NCBI RefSeq assembly: GCF_001194135.2 | Contig: NC_068989.1 | Location: 44,342,402 to 44,406,401 of the forward strand | Source of the DNA: Octopus bimaculoides | Lineage: Eukaryota | DNA: 64,000 bases | Direction: 5' to 3' | Part shown: one piece after another, positions 37,250 through 49,907 of the stretch | Layout: every line of letters begins with the position of its first letter | Position numbering within the stretch: the first letter of the stretch is position 1 | Notes under the pieces: model-generated | What the model saw: the letters and a program-made list of their open reading frames with translations, nothing else | The model's database searches: none | What the model was told of the DNA's origin: nothing | Position numbers and translations under genes: made by a program

Positions 37250-38100
37250 TTCCACTCGAGCTCATTAAATGGATTTTATCCCTTCGCGTCTTGGAGCACG
37301 CACCTAATCTCTGACAACGCAATCTTCGTGCTTAGTGTTGAAGAATTAATTGAGAGCCAATCGCACCGCAATCACTTCGGTAGCGATGTCTTTTCTAATC
37401 GCCTCTTATAAGTTTATAAGTAGGTTTTCCTCTACTCTAGTTTTATCTATTGTTACTTTCTTACTAAACCACATCGATTCTACGCTAATCATTCTTTTTA
37501 GCATTCTTTGTTGTTGACGATTTCCCCCGCTCAACTAATTCCTTAATCCGGTCTCTGCATGCTTGGCATGCCGGAAACAATGCGTTCAACTTCCAGTAAC
37601 CTGAGCCTTGCCTACGAAGCCCACTGCTTTGAATTTTTGACAATCTACGATATTTCTATCTACTGACCTGCAGAATACTTTATCTGCATAAGGTCTGAAT
37701 GACCCGATGTTGTTTCTTCATGTTCACAATGCCACATTCGAGAAATCAAGCCGGTACCTATTAGCTGGAAATGTCTGAGCCTGTTTGAGAGGTTTCTGCA
37801 TCCCCTCTCCTATCAGCTAATCCCTCACAGTCCTAGCGTGCATCTAAGATGGAATTCCAATCATCCACTCGTACAAAAAAGTGTAAGGTTCAATAGAGGA
37901 CCTTTTGACATCTAAAGAAAGCTTGCCACCTAGCCCCTGTTGGAGCGTAGACGGCTACTAGTCTAAAGGTATAGCCCTCGTTGTTGGATACGTCCAGCAT
38001 CACTAACCTGCCTTCTGAGTTCACAAAGACGGTCCATTTCAAGAGATCCAGACCTTTTCGAAACAACGCAGCATCTACATCCCTTGATCCCCTAACATTA
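37250..38100 (-). mobile_element. Degenerate L1/Tx1-clade LINE ORF2 fragment (APE endonuclease and linker)
   Basis: FNVRGS at the N-terminus, EGRLVMLDV..FRLVAVYAPT, WNSILD and GSGYWKLNA motifs, with many stops and deletions. Confidence 0.8.
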
Positions 38101-38584
38101 AATATATAGGTCACGAGAGCGTTGAAATTAACAAAGATGGCTTCATCCCACGAAAATAATAGCTGAGGTGTGCTTCAATTACTTTTGATGAATTAACCGA
38201 ATCTGAAAGTAGGATTAAGATCTAAATGTTTTTATCAGGAAGAATATTCTTCTTTAAAAAGGTATCAGTCGAGAAAGTAAATAACATAGAGCAACAGTTG
38301 GAATGCTACTATTTCACCCCCCCCCCCTAAGATAATTTCCAGGCAATTCTACCAACTGCTGTTTATAAGAAAGAATATAAAATGCAAATGACTGATTTCT
38401 TAGAATATTTTTATCATTTTCTTTCTCTCTGACCTTTTCACATCCTTTTTTATTCATATCTTCCATTCTTTCTTTGTTCCATGTTTTTTATACTGTTAAA
38501 GTTAACTCATTTAATCACGTGAACATTAAAAAGTTAATTAGAAATTATTGAGCCGTAAAGAAAAGATATTTGTCACTGGTAAAT

Positions 38585-39660
38585 ATTGGTTTCAAATTTT
38601 GGCACAAGGACAGCACTGCGGGAGAGGGTAAGTTGATTATATCGATCCCCCAGTACTATTTTATCGACCCCGAACGGATAAAATAAGTACCAGTTGAGCG
38701 CTGGGATCGATGTAATCGACCTACACCCTTCCACGGAACTGCTGGCCTTGTTCCGAAATTTGAAATTAGTGTTAAAGGAAGGTAAGGCGGTGAGCTGGCA
38801 GAATCATCACTGCACTGGGTAAAATTCTTAGCGGCATGTCGTCTGTCTTAAAGTTCTGAGTTCAAATTCCACCGAAGTCGACTTTACCTTTCATCCTTTC
38901 GGCGGTTGATAAAATAAGTATTAGTTGAGTACTGGGGTCAACGTAGTCGACTTACCCCTCCCAGAAATGACTAGCCTTGTACCAAAGTTTGAAACCAATT
39001 TTAAAACCAGGACAAGGTGGGGAACTAACAGAATCGTTAGCACATTGGACAAAAGGTTTGGCAGGTTTTAGGTTCTGAGTTCAAACTCTGCCAAGGCCAA
39101 CTTTGCCTTTTGTCCTTCGGGAATCGATAAAATAGAGTACCAATTGAGTACTGAAGTCAATGTAATCAATTTCCCCCCTTCACTCAAAATTACCGGCCTT
39201 GTGCTAAAAAAAACTGGAAATAATTAGAAAGAATATTGGTTTCAAATATAGGCACAAGGCCAGCAAGTTCAGGGGAGGGGGTAAGTCGATTACATTGATC
39301 CCAGTGTTCAGCTGGTATTTAATTTATCGACCGCCGAAAGGATGAAAGGTAAAGTTGACTGCGACGGAGTTTGAACTCAGAACGTGATAACGGACGAAAT
39401 GCCGCTAAGCATCATGCCCGGCATACTCACGATTCTGAATATTAAAGGCATATTAGGGTGGTGGGTTAGCAGAACATTCTAAGCGTCGAGAAAATGCTTT
39501 ACGGAATTTGTTTCGACTTTTTTACGTTCTAAGTTTAAATTCCACCGACTTCAGCTTTTCCTTTCATTTCTCTGTATTTGATAAAATGAAGTATCAGTTA
39601 AGTGGATATCGACTAACAGACCCCACCCCTCAAGAATTGCTGCTTTTGTACCTACATCAA
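38585..39660. mobile_element. Dense cluster of about six SINE type M copies in mixed orientation
   Basis: 38585-38690(-), 38680-38765(+), 38783-39000(+), 39013-39225(+), 39235-39440(-), 39455-39660(+). Confidence 0.85.
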
Positions 39661-40544
39661 AAACAATGTTAAAGGTTAGTGCTTATCTCCCTTCTTTATG
39701 ACGTGAAGCTCTTAGGAATAAGTCTCCCTGGATAGGGCATTGTTTGATCTCTTATAAATAATTCCTCCTTTCCAAACTAATATCTACAGGAGCAAGTGAA
39801 TGTTTCATTTTGAGCAGACAAACTGCTCATCTCCCAAGTGTAGTTTTTCAATAATCATATCCACTCTTCATTTCAATCAATTTGATCACCGGTCATCATC
39901 AATTCTCTCATTATTTCCCAACTATATATTTCCCAACTAAGGGCAATAACTTAGAAATGTTCCTACAACAAATCTCTTCTGAGAATAGAATTATCTAGTA
40001 ACGGTATGATGAAACAAATCACATTTTCTTAATGCTTTAAGTAATGTCGAAGTGAACAGCATCTTCAGTTAAACAGAATATAGGAATAAAATACCGTAAT
40101 TTTAACGTGTGGCTTTTAAGTCGTTCGAAGTATCTGAATTGTTGACAATGAAGTTTTTGACATCATTGAGGTCTCGTCTTACCGAATTATCAGGTGACGT
40201 TTATGAGATGCTTGGCTGTTTCATCGTCTCAGTCTCATCATCACATACGTTAATACCGTGTTTCGAGTTGCCTCAAAATTTTTAGAAGGAAACACCAGTG
40301 GCCTCTGATAAGATTTTTAACTGAGTGCGGGTATTTTTATATATTTATTTATATATGTTCTTTCTTCCTATCGTTTAATTTTGTAAACTGTCTTATTTTC
40401 CAACAAATAATTTTACTTTGTAAACTGTTCTTTTATCGGTTGTTCTTTTTTATTTCAAAGGAAAAAAACTGTATTGCCAAGGTTAATTTAATTTATTCGT
40501 TGGTGAAATAATTTACGTTTAATAGAATGAAGTATATCATATAA

Positions 40545-41049
40545 TCATTATACGTGGCTCTGTAGTAAGGTTTCGGATTCAATCACACTTTGTGGCACCT
40601 TCAGCAAGTGTCTTCTACCATAGCCTCGGACCGACCAAAGCCTTGTGAGTGGATTTAGTGGATAGAAACTGAAAGAAACCATGTGTGTGTGTAGGCGTAA
40701 TGGACTCGCGGTCGTAGAATCGCGGTTTCGATTCCCAAACCGGGCGTTGTGAGTGGTTATTGAGCAAAAACACCTAAAGCTCCGCGAGGCTCCGGCAGGG
40801 GGTGGTGGCGAACTCTGCTGCACTCTTTCACTACTACTTTCTTTCACTCTTTCTTCCGTTTTCTATTGTACCTGTATTTCAGAGGGCCAGCCTTGTCCCA
40901 CTCCGTGTCACGCTAAATATCCCCAAGAACTACGTTAAGGGTACACGTGTCTGTGGAGTGCTCAGCCACTTGCACGTTAATCTCACGAGCAGACTGTTCC
41001 GTTGATCGGATCAACTGAAACCCTCGTCGTCGTAACCGATGGAGTGCCA
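40545..41049 (+). mobile_element. CORE-type SINE head (40545-40690) followed directly by an OR1-like SINE (40692-41049)
   Basis: Similarity to the 6258 and 3299 copies. Confidence 0.9.
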
Positions 41050-41630
41050 CGTTGTATATATATCTATACATATAAATTTGACATTGGCGATTCTTTCTTG
41101 TCTTGGGATTCACGGTCAAACGGCTGGGTGGAATTGCGCGAAAAATTACATGTGTAGAATGATCCGGTGGTGATGCTGGGCTTTGTATTATTTTCATAGC
41201 TCCCATGGTTACAGAGATAATCTACTATAATAATACTCATGTGTTTATGAATGAGAAAGGAAGGGGTGATAGATGAATAAGGAAGGAAGGGGTGATGTCA
41301 TACTTGTTAGTGGGATAATGAAAATTGTACGCTGAAAAAATAATCAAATAGCATTTCAACTCTGTGTGAATATGTGTAAAAGGGGGGTATGTGAATGTGT
41401 GTGCGTGCAGTGGAAGTGGAATGGTTCGTCTTTGCTAGCTTTGTATTTGGGTTTATTTTTTGATTTGGTTGACTCTTGGTTTTTTTGGTCAATTATTTTT
41501 AGCGTTTTGACAGAAAAAGTCATTCTGAAATTGTTTTTTAATGTAAGCGTGCCCAAACAAGTCGAATGCTAAATCAGAGCAGATTTTACAGCCACATCAT
41601 CCAAACCGACCGGGTGAAACTTAGCTGCTA

Positions 41631-41662
<32 letters not shown>

Positions 41663-42099
41663 NNNNNNNNNNNNNNNNNNNNNNNNNNNNNNNNNNNNNN
41701 NNNNNNNNNNNNNNNNNNNNNNNNNNNNNNNNNNNNNNNNNNNNNNNNNNNNNNNNNNNNNNNNNNNNNNNNNNNNNNNNNNNNNNNNNNNNNNNNNNNN
41801 NNNNNNNNNNNNNNNNNNNNNNNNNNNNNNNNNNNNNNNNNNNNNNNNNNNNNNNNNNNNNNNNNNNNNNNNNNNNNNNNNNNNNNNNNNNNNNNNNNNN
41901 NNNNNNNNNNNNNNNNNNNNNNNNNNNNNNNNNNNNNNNNNNNNNNNNNNNNNNNNNNNNNNNNNNNNNNNNNNNNNNNNNNNNNNNNNNNNNNNNNNNN
42001 NNNNNNNNCCGTAGAAGCGGAACTTGTCTATAAGAATACAACATTAAATGATATTACAATTCACATCATAAATCTGATTACATGTTTATTCTTTTTTTT

Positions 42100-42314
42100 T
42101 CTTCTTCTCTAGGCGTAAGGCCCGAAATTATTTGGCGGGTGGGGAGCAGTCGATTAGATCGACCCCAGTACGCAACTAGTTCTTAATTTATCGACCTCGA
42201 AAGTATGAAAGGCAAAGTCGACCTCGGCGGAATTTGAACTCAGAACATAAAGACAGACGAAATACCGCTAAGTATTTTGCCCGGCGTGCTAACGTTTCTG
42301 CCAGCTCGCCGTCT
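42100..42314 (-). mobile_element. SINE type M; decayed copy at 42715-42850
   Basis: Core, head and tail B are visible. Confidence 0.9.
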
Positions 42315-43648
42315 TTGATTACATGTTTATTACCGATGAACGGAACACAAACCAGAGATTATTCTTCGTTTTGCTTCCATATTGAATAATTAAAAAAAAA
42401 ATCATTTTCTAGACAAGAGGGAAGCAAATGCAAATGATTCCGTACAGGGTCTCCGAGACTGGTGGGAAGAAAAAGAGAAGGGAACGAAGGATGGAAGCTG
42501 ATATTCTCAAACCAGAAACTTGGCCCAAATTCTTGTAACAAAGTGGATTCTACTAAAAGCACCCAAAGTGTCGGATGTTGGTGTTAAATTCGACGACCGA
42601 TTATGTTTACCATTTGGGATCGCTATGGCGAGATTTGAACACGGAACGCGAAGAGCGGGAACAAATATATCTATGCTTCCAATTTGATGTTTTTGCAGTT
42701 CCGCCAATCCTCCGTCCTAGATAGATACATTTTAATTTGCCCCGAAAGGATGAAAGGTAAAAACGACCTCGGTGGGATTCGAACTCAAAGCGCAGAGAAT
42801 AGAAACAGATATCGTACGACATTTTATCTGACGCTCTAACGACTCTACCAAGTCGTATAATGTCCACTGATCTGGTTTTCTTGTGGAGAAAAAAAAGAAA
42901 AAAGATGAAACTATTATTATTTAGATCATGAATAACACAAAAATAATTCAATAGAGTCCCTAATTATGACGTCAGTGTCCTGAAAAAAAAAGCACTTTCT
43001 CCTTAACAACAGTCTTGCTTTGAATCGGTCATTCACCTATATCATAAAATAGAATGTAGGTCATGCGAAAGCAGAAAATAACAAAGATGGCTTTAAGCCA
43101 CAAGAATAACTTGATGAGATTGCTTCTGATAAGACAACAAAGATAACCAAATTGGAAAGTACAAGTTATATTTGGATAAACATTTTTTTAAAGAAAAATA
43201 TTCTTCCATATAAAAAAATATAAATTGAGCAAGTAATAACGTAGCATAGCAGTAAAATATTGTCTTTTCAACAACACCACCCACAACACCCAAGAAAATT
43301 CCAGAAAATTTCACTTATTGTTGTTCAGATGCATATATGGCCCTGTAGTTAAGAAGTTCGTTTTGCAACTATTTGATATCAGGTTCGGTCTTACTGCAGG
43401 GCACCCTGGACGAGTGTATTCTTCTATAGGGCCTATTTAGCCCTCACACAAGGGGATAGGTTCATGTGATAACAGAATATATATCACACAGAACGGTGGG
43501 CCTGCTTGATATATGCCCAGAGATCAACCCCTCTCCGTGACATGTATGCCAAAGTCATAGAACCATATAAAGTGTCGTTTTTCTCAAATTTTGATGTTAA
43601 GCATTCAATAGCACTGTTTAATAATTTATTATACTCACAACCCTCTTT

Positions 43649-43903
43649 GTGGAGGCGCGTGGTTAGGATGTCAGCATCATGATCGTAAGATTGTGGTTTC
43701 GATTCTTGGACCGGGTGACGCGCTGTGTTCTTGAGCAAAACACTTCATTTCACGTTGCTCCAGTACACTAAGCTGGCAAAAATGAGTAACACTGCGATGG
43801 ACTGGCGTCCCGTCCAGCTGGGGAACACATACGCCACAGAAACCGGGAAACCGGGCCCATGAGCCTGGCTAGGCTTTAAAAGGGTGCATGAAAAAAAAAA
43901 AAA
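43649..43903 (+). mobile_element. Composite tRNA SINE (CORE-like plus V-domain-like), poly(A) tail, 12-bp TSD; second copy at 48716-48915
   Basis: TSD ACAACCCTCTTT at 43637-43648 and 43904-43915; GTGTTCTTGAGCAAAACACTT (CORE-like) and CTGCGATGGACTGGCGTCCCGTCCAG (V-SINE-like). Confidence 0.8.
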
Positions 43904-45289
43904 ACAACCCTCTTTAAAAATGTCAAATACCATTTCTTCGTTTTTGTCTTCTGCAATCTGCTTTTCTTACATTTTTCTGAAAAAGGAAAAAAAAATTTTT
44001 TTTTAAACATTACTATTAAGTGGGCTTTGTTTTTCAAGTTCATATCCTACCCATTCAATGAAATGTCGCACGCTATTTTCTCAGTCTTCACATTCCTGCT
44101 AAATTTCCACCCGCTGATCTGAAGTACTCATTGAGTTATGTACTTTTGGTAGATCTATAAATAGATCTGCCAAAAGTACAATCAGAAAATACTTGGATAA
44201 AGAAGTTGTTAGATTAGAAGCCTGAAGATATGTAAACGCTGTTATCATTTATCTCATATTTCAGAATTTCTTTATGAAACACTAGCAAACACAGCCGTCC
44301 TTTCGACAGTTTAAGTTGCTTTGGTGGTATTTTTTCACCAAATAATTGAACTACCGAGAAACTTTATGAGTAGCACGGCAATCTATGTTTCCGGTTGACC
44401 TTGGAACGGAAAATGAAATTGAAGGCTAGTTATTGTGGAGGTCGTCGCACTTTAATGATCATACAACATATAATTTTACAAGCGATGCAAATAGAGCCAC
44501 TGAAGTGTTTTGAGAGCAGATTACGGATAATGACTACAAAATATAGTTGTTTTACATGAAAGCGAAATTTCTTGTCACAAACAGCCACATAAATGGTGTA
44601 AGAAAATTGAAGGAAGACGTTGAAACTTCCTCTCTGTGAGTTTCTTTTTTATTCAATAGGAAAGGGGGCTATTTTTTTCGGAGAGATAAGCTAACAAAAG
44701 CCCCTTTATTCTTCCCACATAGCTTGCGCATAAACTAACAGCGAATGCCGCATAAAGTTAAATTGGTATGGAGCTTTCTGAAAGATACGTATGACTTTCG
44801 CTAGTCGAAGCAAAACTCTTATTTAAAGGTTGATTCTTTGGGACGAATCATATGAGATGGTTTAAAAAGGGCTAGAACGGCAATGCTAAAACGTATTTGA
44901 AACAATGGACAACAGTCGAAATATCATAATGGATGGATAAATAAGCATCCTTAAAGTGAAACAACGGTATCAAAGGTAAACAAAGGTATCAACAAATACA
45001 ACAGAGGGAAGGGAACATAACCTTTCAAGTAACTGAGAATAGGTAAAGGTAAGCTTGGCAAAGTTTAATGCAGTTTAAATATGTAGATTAAGATAGTTTG
45101 GTACTGGACATTCATCGCGTATAGTGTTCCTAGTCAACTGAATCACCGTCGTTGGTGGACAGCGGAAATAAATAGACAAAACCCTTTCAATTTTATAAAA
45201 AGATTAAAAAGTATGGAAGATCCTACCCACGAAAAACTATGTCTATTTACGTTCATTTACGCGGGAGCTCTGGGCAAAATGTTATAGTG

Positions 45290-45415
45290 CATGGCTATCG
45301 TTGGGACATAAGTAATGTGTGTGTAAAGTTTGGTGAAAATCGGTTGAGAATTGTGGAAATGCATGCGTTAGTCATTATACACACAAACTGAGATTTATAT
45401 ATACTATATATCTAC
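45290..45415 (+). mobile_element. 3' remnant of a Helentron/DINE-1-like non-autonomous element
   Basis: AAGTTTGGTGAAAATCGG...GGAAATGCAT...ACACACAAAC...TTTATATA motif order. Confidence 0.4.
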
Positions 45416-45650
45416 ATGAATGTTCTTATTATTATCTCATATTTCAGAATTTATGCTTATACATCAGACAAGAAATTTTCTGCTTCTGTAAAATTACATC
45501 TCTATATACAAGGAACTCATTGCTGGTAGGGCTTTCACTAGAAACGTGGTGTTGAAGCAATTACTGAGATAGAGGTTGTAATGTTTTTATTCTATTTTTA
45601 TTTTCCGTATCATTTTCATGCCGTTATTTCTTACAGCACGGGTACACCAG

Positions 45651-46529
45651 TTGTAAATAAACGACAGGGTAAAAAAAACATACAACATATACTGAATGTA
45701 CAACCGGACGGGGGCCAGACACAGAAGCTTCCTAATTCTTCATCAGTTATTATCAACCAGATGGTATTATTCAGTTTCGCACCTTCAATGATAAGACTGA
45801 GAACTTCCCATGCTGGCGGAGCCCGCAAAAGTTGCAGAGAATATAAGGCCGAGAACAAACAAAACAATACAGAGAGGACATACGAAAGTGAATAAATGTA
45901 ATTTAAGATGACGGACAAAGACAAAACAAACAAGAAATGAGCAAAATATAGCCTCAGGGCCAAAAAGACAAGATTGGTAAGTAACACTTAGAAGGCATCT
46001 CAAAGGGTTAGAAAATAACAAACAGCAAGACAGTGGGACACAGAAAATTCAAGACCGGTCAGCTACGCAACCGGTGTGAAAAAGGGAGAGAAAGAAGAGC
46101 TGGACACGGGTCACGTGTCAGCGGCAGGCAAAGGAAAAGAAGGTAAGAGAGAGAGAGAGAGTAACAGAGAGAAAGCAAAGGAAGGGATGACTGGAGAACA
46201 AGGAGAAAGGTTAGAAATAGAAGAGAGAGTGAGAGAAAAAAAGAAAGGCTAGAAAAAGAAGTAAGATAGCAAGAGAGAAAAAAAAGGAGAAAAAAGTGAA
46301 GGATAGAAATAAAGTTGCACGGATATATAAAAGTTACTGTTAATTAAAGACGGAGTGCGTTCCGTTACTTAATAAATGAAAAAAATGTATTGTAAATAAA
46401 CAACGACAGGGTAAAAACATACATCATATACTGAGTATACAACCGGACGGGAGACAAAAGGTCCCTAATTCTTCGTCAGTTATCAACCAGATGGTATTAC
46501 TCAGTTTTAGCACCTTTAATGATAAGACT
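45651..46529 (-). mobile_element. Retroelement remnant bounded by about 145-bp direct repeats (45651-45798 and 46390-46529), possibly Penelope-like
   Basis: Direct repeats are visible; the minus strand carries CTGA(T/C)GAAGA; no coding motif. Confidence 0.45.
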
Positions 46530-49014
46530 ATGTCCGATCGCAAGCATTCACTCTTGGACAAAGATTGCAATTCCATTTAACAAAACAAGGATGAAGAAGA
46601 ATCATGATTTACGCCACAGTGATTCAGTCTTTAGCCAGGTTGGAAAAGATTTTGTACTCCTTTCATATAAACTTCTCCATTTGTTGCACTAGTAATACAT
46701 TTATTTACGCCTAAGGTATTATAAATTAGCATTTTTTAAAGTTCATGGAAATATTTTTGTAATATCAATAAAATTCAATTGTGTTAGTAACCTGTCGTAA
46801 ATGTCTATTATTCCAGTACTATATGACAGCAAAAAGTTAGTTTTTCATCGAAATAGCTTACGATGTTTCGATTTGTATTCTGAGCATACCAGATTTTATT
46901 GATTCATCAACTACAGCCTCCTTCATTAATGATGAAATAACCATTATGACATTGCTAATTATCATTTTGAATACCAATTTTATGACCTTTACTGCCAGAC
47001 TTGTATACCATCGACCACTTTTTTACTACTTTCTCTCAGTCATGGGCAAACTGCAGTCCGCAGTCACAGAAATCTCTGAATGGCACACCTAACGAAAAAT
47101 TATTTTGAATATTTTTAACACTGCAGCCCACTTCTCAAAAAAAAAAAGGTTGCCCAATTAATGAGAAAAAAATATCTTGACTGTATTTTAATGACTAAAT
47201 CTGAATGTATGATTAACACCTTTATTCACGTTTTAATCATACTTTTAGATCTGATTATTGCATTAGAAACAAATCAATTAGATCATTTTATTGACATGAA
47301 GCCATCTTATGACCTTTATTTGCAGCTTTCTCGTGACCTACATTTTTATGAGTACAGGTGAATGACCGAGAGGGAGACTAGCTGTTAATAAGGGGATTAT
47401 ATATTTCAGGTCATTGGCCTCGTGCCGAGGGAGTACAAGCATAGACAAGCATAGATAATATATATATTTACACATTTCCATTTGTTTGATTTCTGATCAT
47501 CACGGGGCAGTTTTATTCCTGAATGTGTACATCATCGCAGTCTAGTTTCTGTGAAGAGTTTCGATGTAATTTCCGAACACTTATTGCTAATTAATTTTAT
47601 ATCCGTGTCCGTGAAGTATAAAAGATTATGCTTCAATGTCAGACTTTCTCTAAAATTTTAACCATAAAAAGAAAACTGAATATAATATACGATCACATAT
47701 ATAGACACCTACAATTAACTTAAAGTGCAAACGGCTGCTCTGCAGCACAGATCAAAGTAGAAATTAGAGTGACAAATTAAGTTTATTCTAGCCTAGGTAT
47801 CAAGTTTTTTTATAAATGATTTAGAAATAGATGTTTCTACTTCGAATCCAGTCAAGAATCAGGCAAATATTTAGGAACAAAACTGCCTGGTGACGATCGC
47901 AAATCAAACAAAGACAAACGTTGAGCAAATACAAATATGTTATACTCCCTTGCTATGAGGTCAATACCCTGAAAAACACATAATCCCCTTAACAACAGAA
48001 ATTCTCACAGTCGGTTATTAATGAATTGTAAATGATAAAGGGGTGGTTGACAAAGACAGAATGAACAAAAAATTTGGATTTTCTGAGTTCTTGCAACAAC
48101 AAAATTGTCGAAATTTTTTCCTGAAGCTTATAATAAATTCCAAAAATATCAGGATAAGTGTGAGAATATAAGAACATTAATTATGTACAAAACAAACAGA
48201 AAAAAAAATCTCTTGAACAAAATACAAGATTTAAAACCAGTTCGAGAAATTCCAAATCATGGTTTGCTGTTCTCTTAAAAACAAATGCTTCATAATAATT
48301 AATGAGAAAAAATATCATGACAGAATCCTACAGCTTGTTCGCAATTTTCGAAATGTATTTTAATGACTAAATCTGAATGTATTCTTAACACGTTTATTCA
48401 CGTCTTAATCATACTTTTAGATTTGATTATTGCATTAGAAACAAACCAATCAAATCATTTTATTGGCATGAAACCATCTTACGACCTATATTTTAAGCTT
48501 TCTCGTGACCTACATTTTTATAAGTACAGGTGAATGGCCGAGAGTGAGACTAGCTGTTAATAAAGGGATTATATATTTCAGGTCATTCACCTCGTGCCGA
48601 GGGAGTACAAGTATATCAATATTTATATTTACACATTTCTTGATTTCTGATCATCAAATTTACATATTTGCTTAATTCCTAATCATCACGGGGCAGTTTT
48701 ATTCTTTGAAGAGTTTCGGTTAGGGTGTTGGACTCACGATCGCAAGATTGTGGTTTCGATTCCTGGATCGGACGACGCGTTATTTTCTCGAGCAAAACTT
48801 TTCATTTCACGTTGCTCCAGTCCACTCAGCTGGAAAAAATGAGTAATCCTGCGACGGATCGGTGTTCCGTCCAGGTGGGGAATTTATAAGCTATAGAAAC
48901 CGGGAAACCGGGCCGATGAGCTTATATGATTTCGGAATGACCTTTATCCTTTTATATATTATCTATAAATTAGCAATCGATGTATCTTAGCCCCTGATTT
49001 TTTTTTCTCTTTAG

Positions 49015-49385
49015 AACGTCGCAGAGGTGGTTGTGTGGTAGGAAGTTTGCTTTCTAGCCACATGGTTCCGAGTTCAGGCCCACTTTGTGGTACCTTGGGC
49101 AAGTGACTTCTATATCCCCTGGCCGACCAAAACCCTATGAGTATATTTAATAGACGGAGACTGAAGCGCGCGCGCACGTGCGTCTTTGTGTTTGTCCCCT
49201 CCCTTATTTCTTTACGTCACCATAACCGCTAGGTTAAATGGACGTAAACAATAGCATAAGTACCACATTTTATAGCAAAAAAAAAGAAAAAATTAATGGA
49301 ATCGATTTCCCCGACTAAACCCTTCAAGAAAGTGAATCAGCGTGGCTGCAGTCCAATTACTGAAAAAAAAAAAAGATAAAAGCAA
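49015..49385 (+). mobile_element. CORE-type SINE; further copies at 50018-50390(+), 50480-51025(-, gap), 52190-52345(-), 54985-55105(-), 55790-56180(+), 59610-59822(+), 59880-59996(-)
   Basis: CTTGGGCAAGTG core and shared tail. Confidence 0.85.
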
Positions 49386-49514
49386 ATGGAAAAATATCGA
49401 GACTAAGATGCTAACCACAAGGGGAGTCGCTCGCTGTGTACGTACAGTACAGATGATATATTCCATACAGTTTTGACAGAATTGTGTATATTATTTATAA
49501 ATTAGTAATATAAT

Positions 49515-49907
49515 GTTGTTGTTGTTGTTGGCACTCCGTCGCTTACGACGTCGAGGGTTCCAGTTGATCTGATCAGCGGAACAGCCTGCTCGTGAAATTA
49601 ACGTGCAGGTGGCTGAGCATTCCACAGACACGTGCACCCTTAACGTAGTTCTCGGGGATATTCAGCGTGACACAGTGTGACAAGGCTGACCCTTTGAATT
49701 ACAGGCACAACAGAAACAGGAAGTAAGATTGAGAGAAAGTTGTGGTGAAAGAGTACAGCAGGGTTCGCCACCATCCCCTGCTGGAGCTTCGTGGAGCTTT
49801 AGGTGATTTCGCTCAATAAACACTCACAACGCCCGGTCTGGGAATCGAAACCGCGATCCTATGACCGCGAGTCCACTGCCCTAACCACTGGGCCATTGCG
49901 CCTCCAC
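49515..49907 (-). mobile_element. Young full-length OR1-like SINE with (CAA)n tail
   Basis: 12-bp TSD TAGTAATATAAT at 49503-49514 and 49908-49919. Confidence 0.95.
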
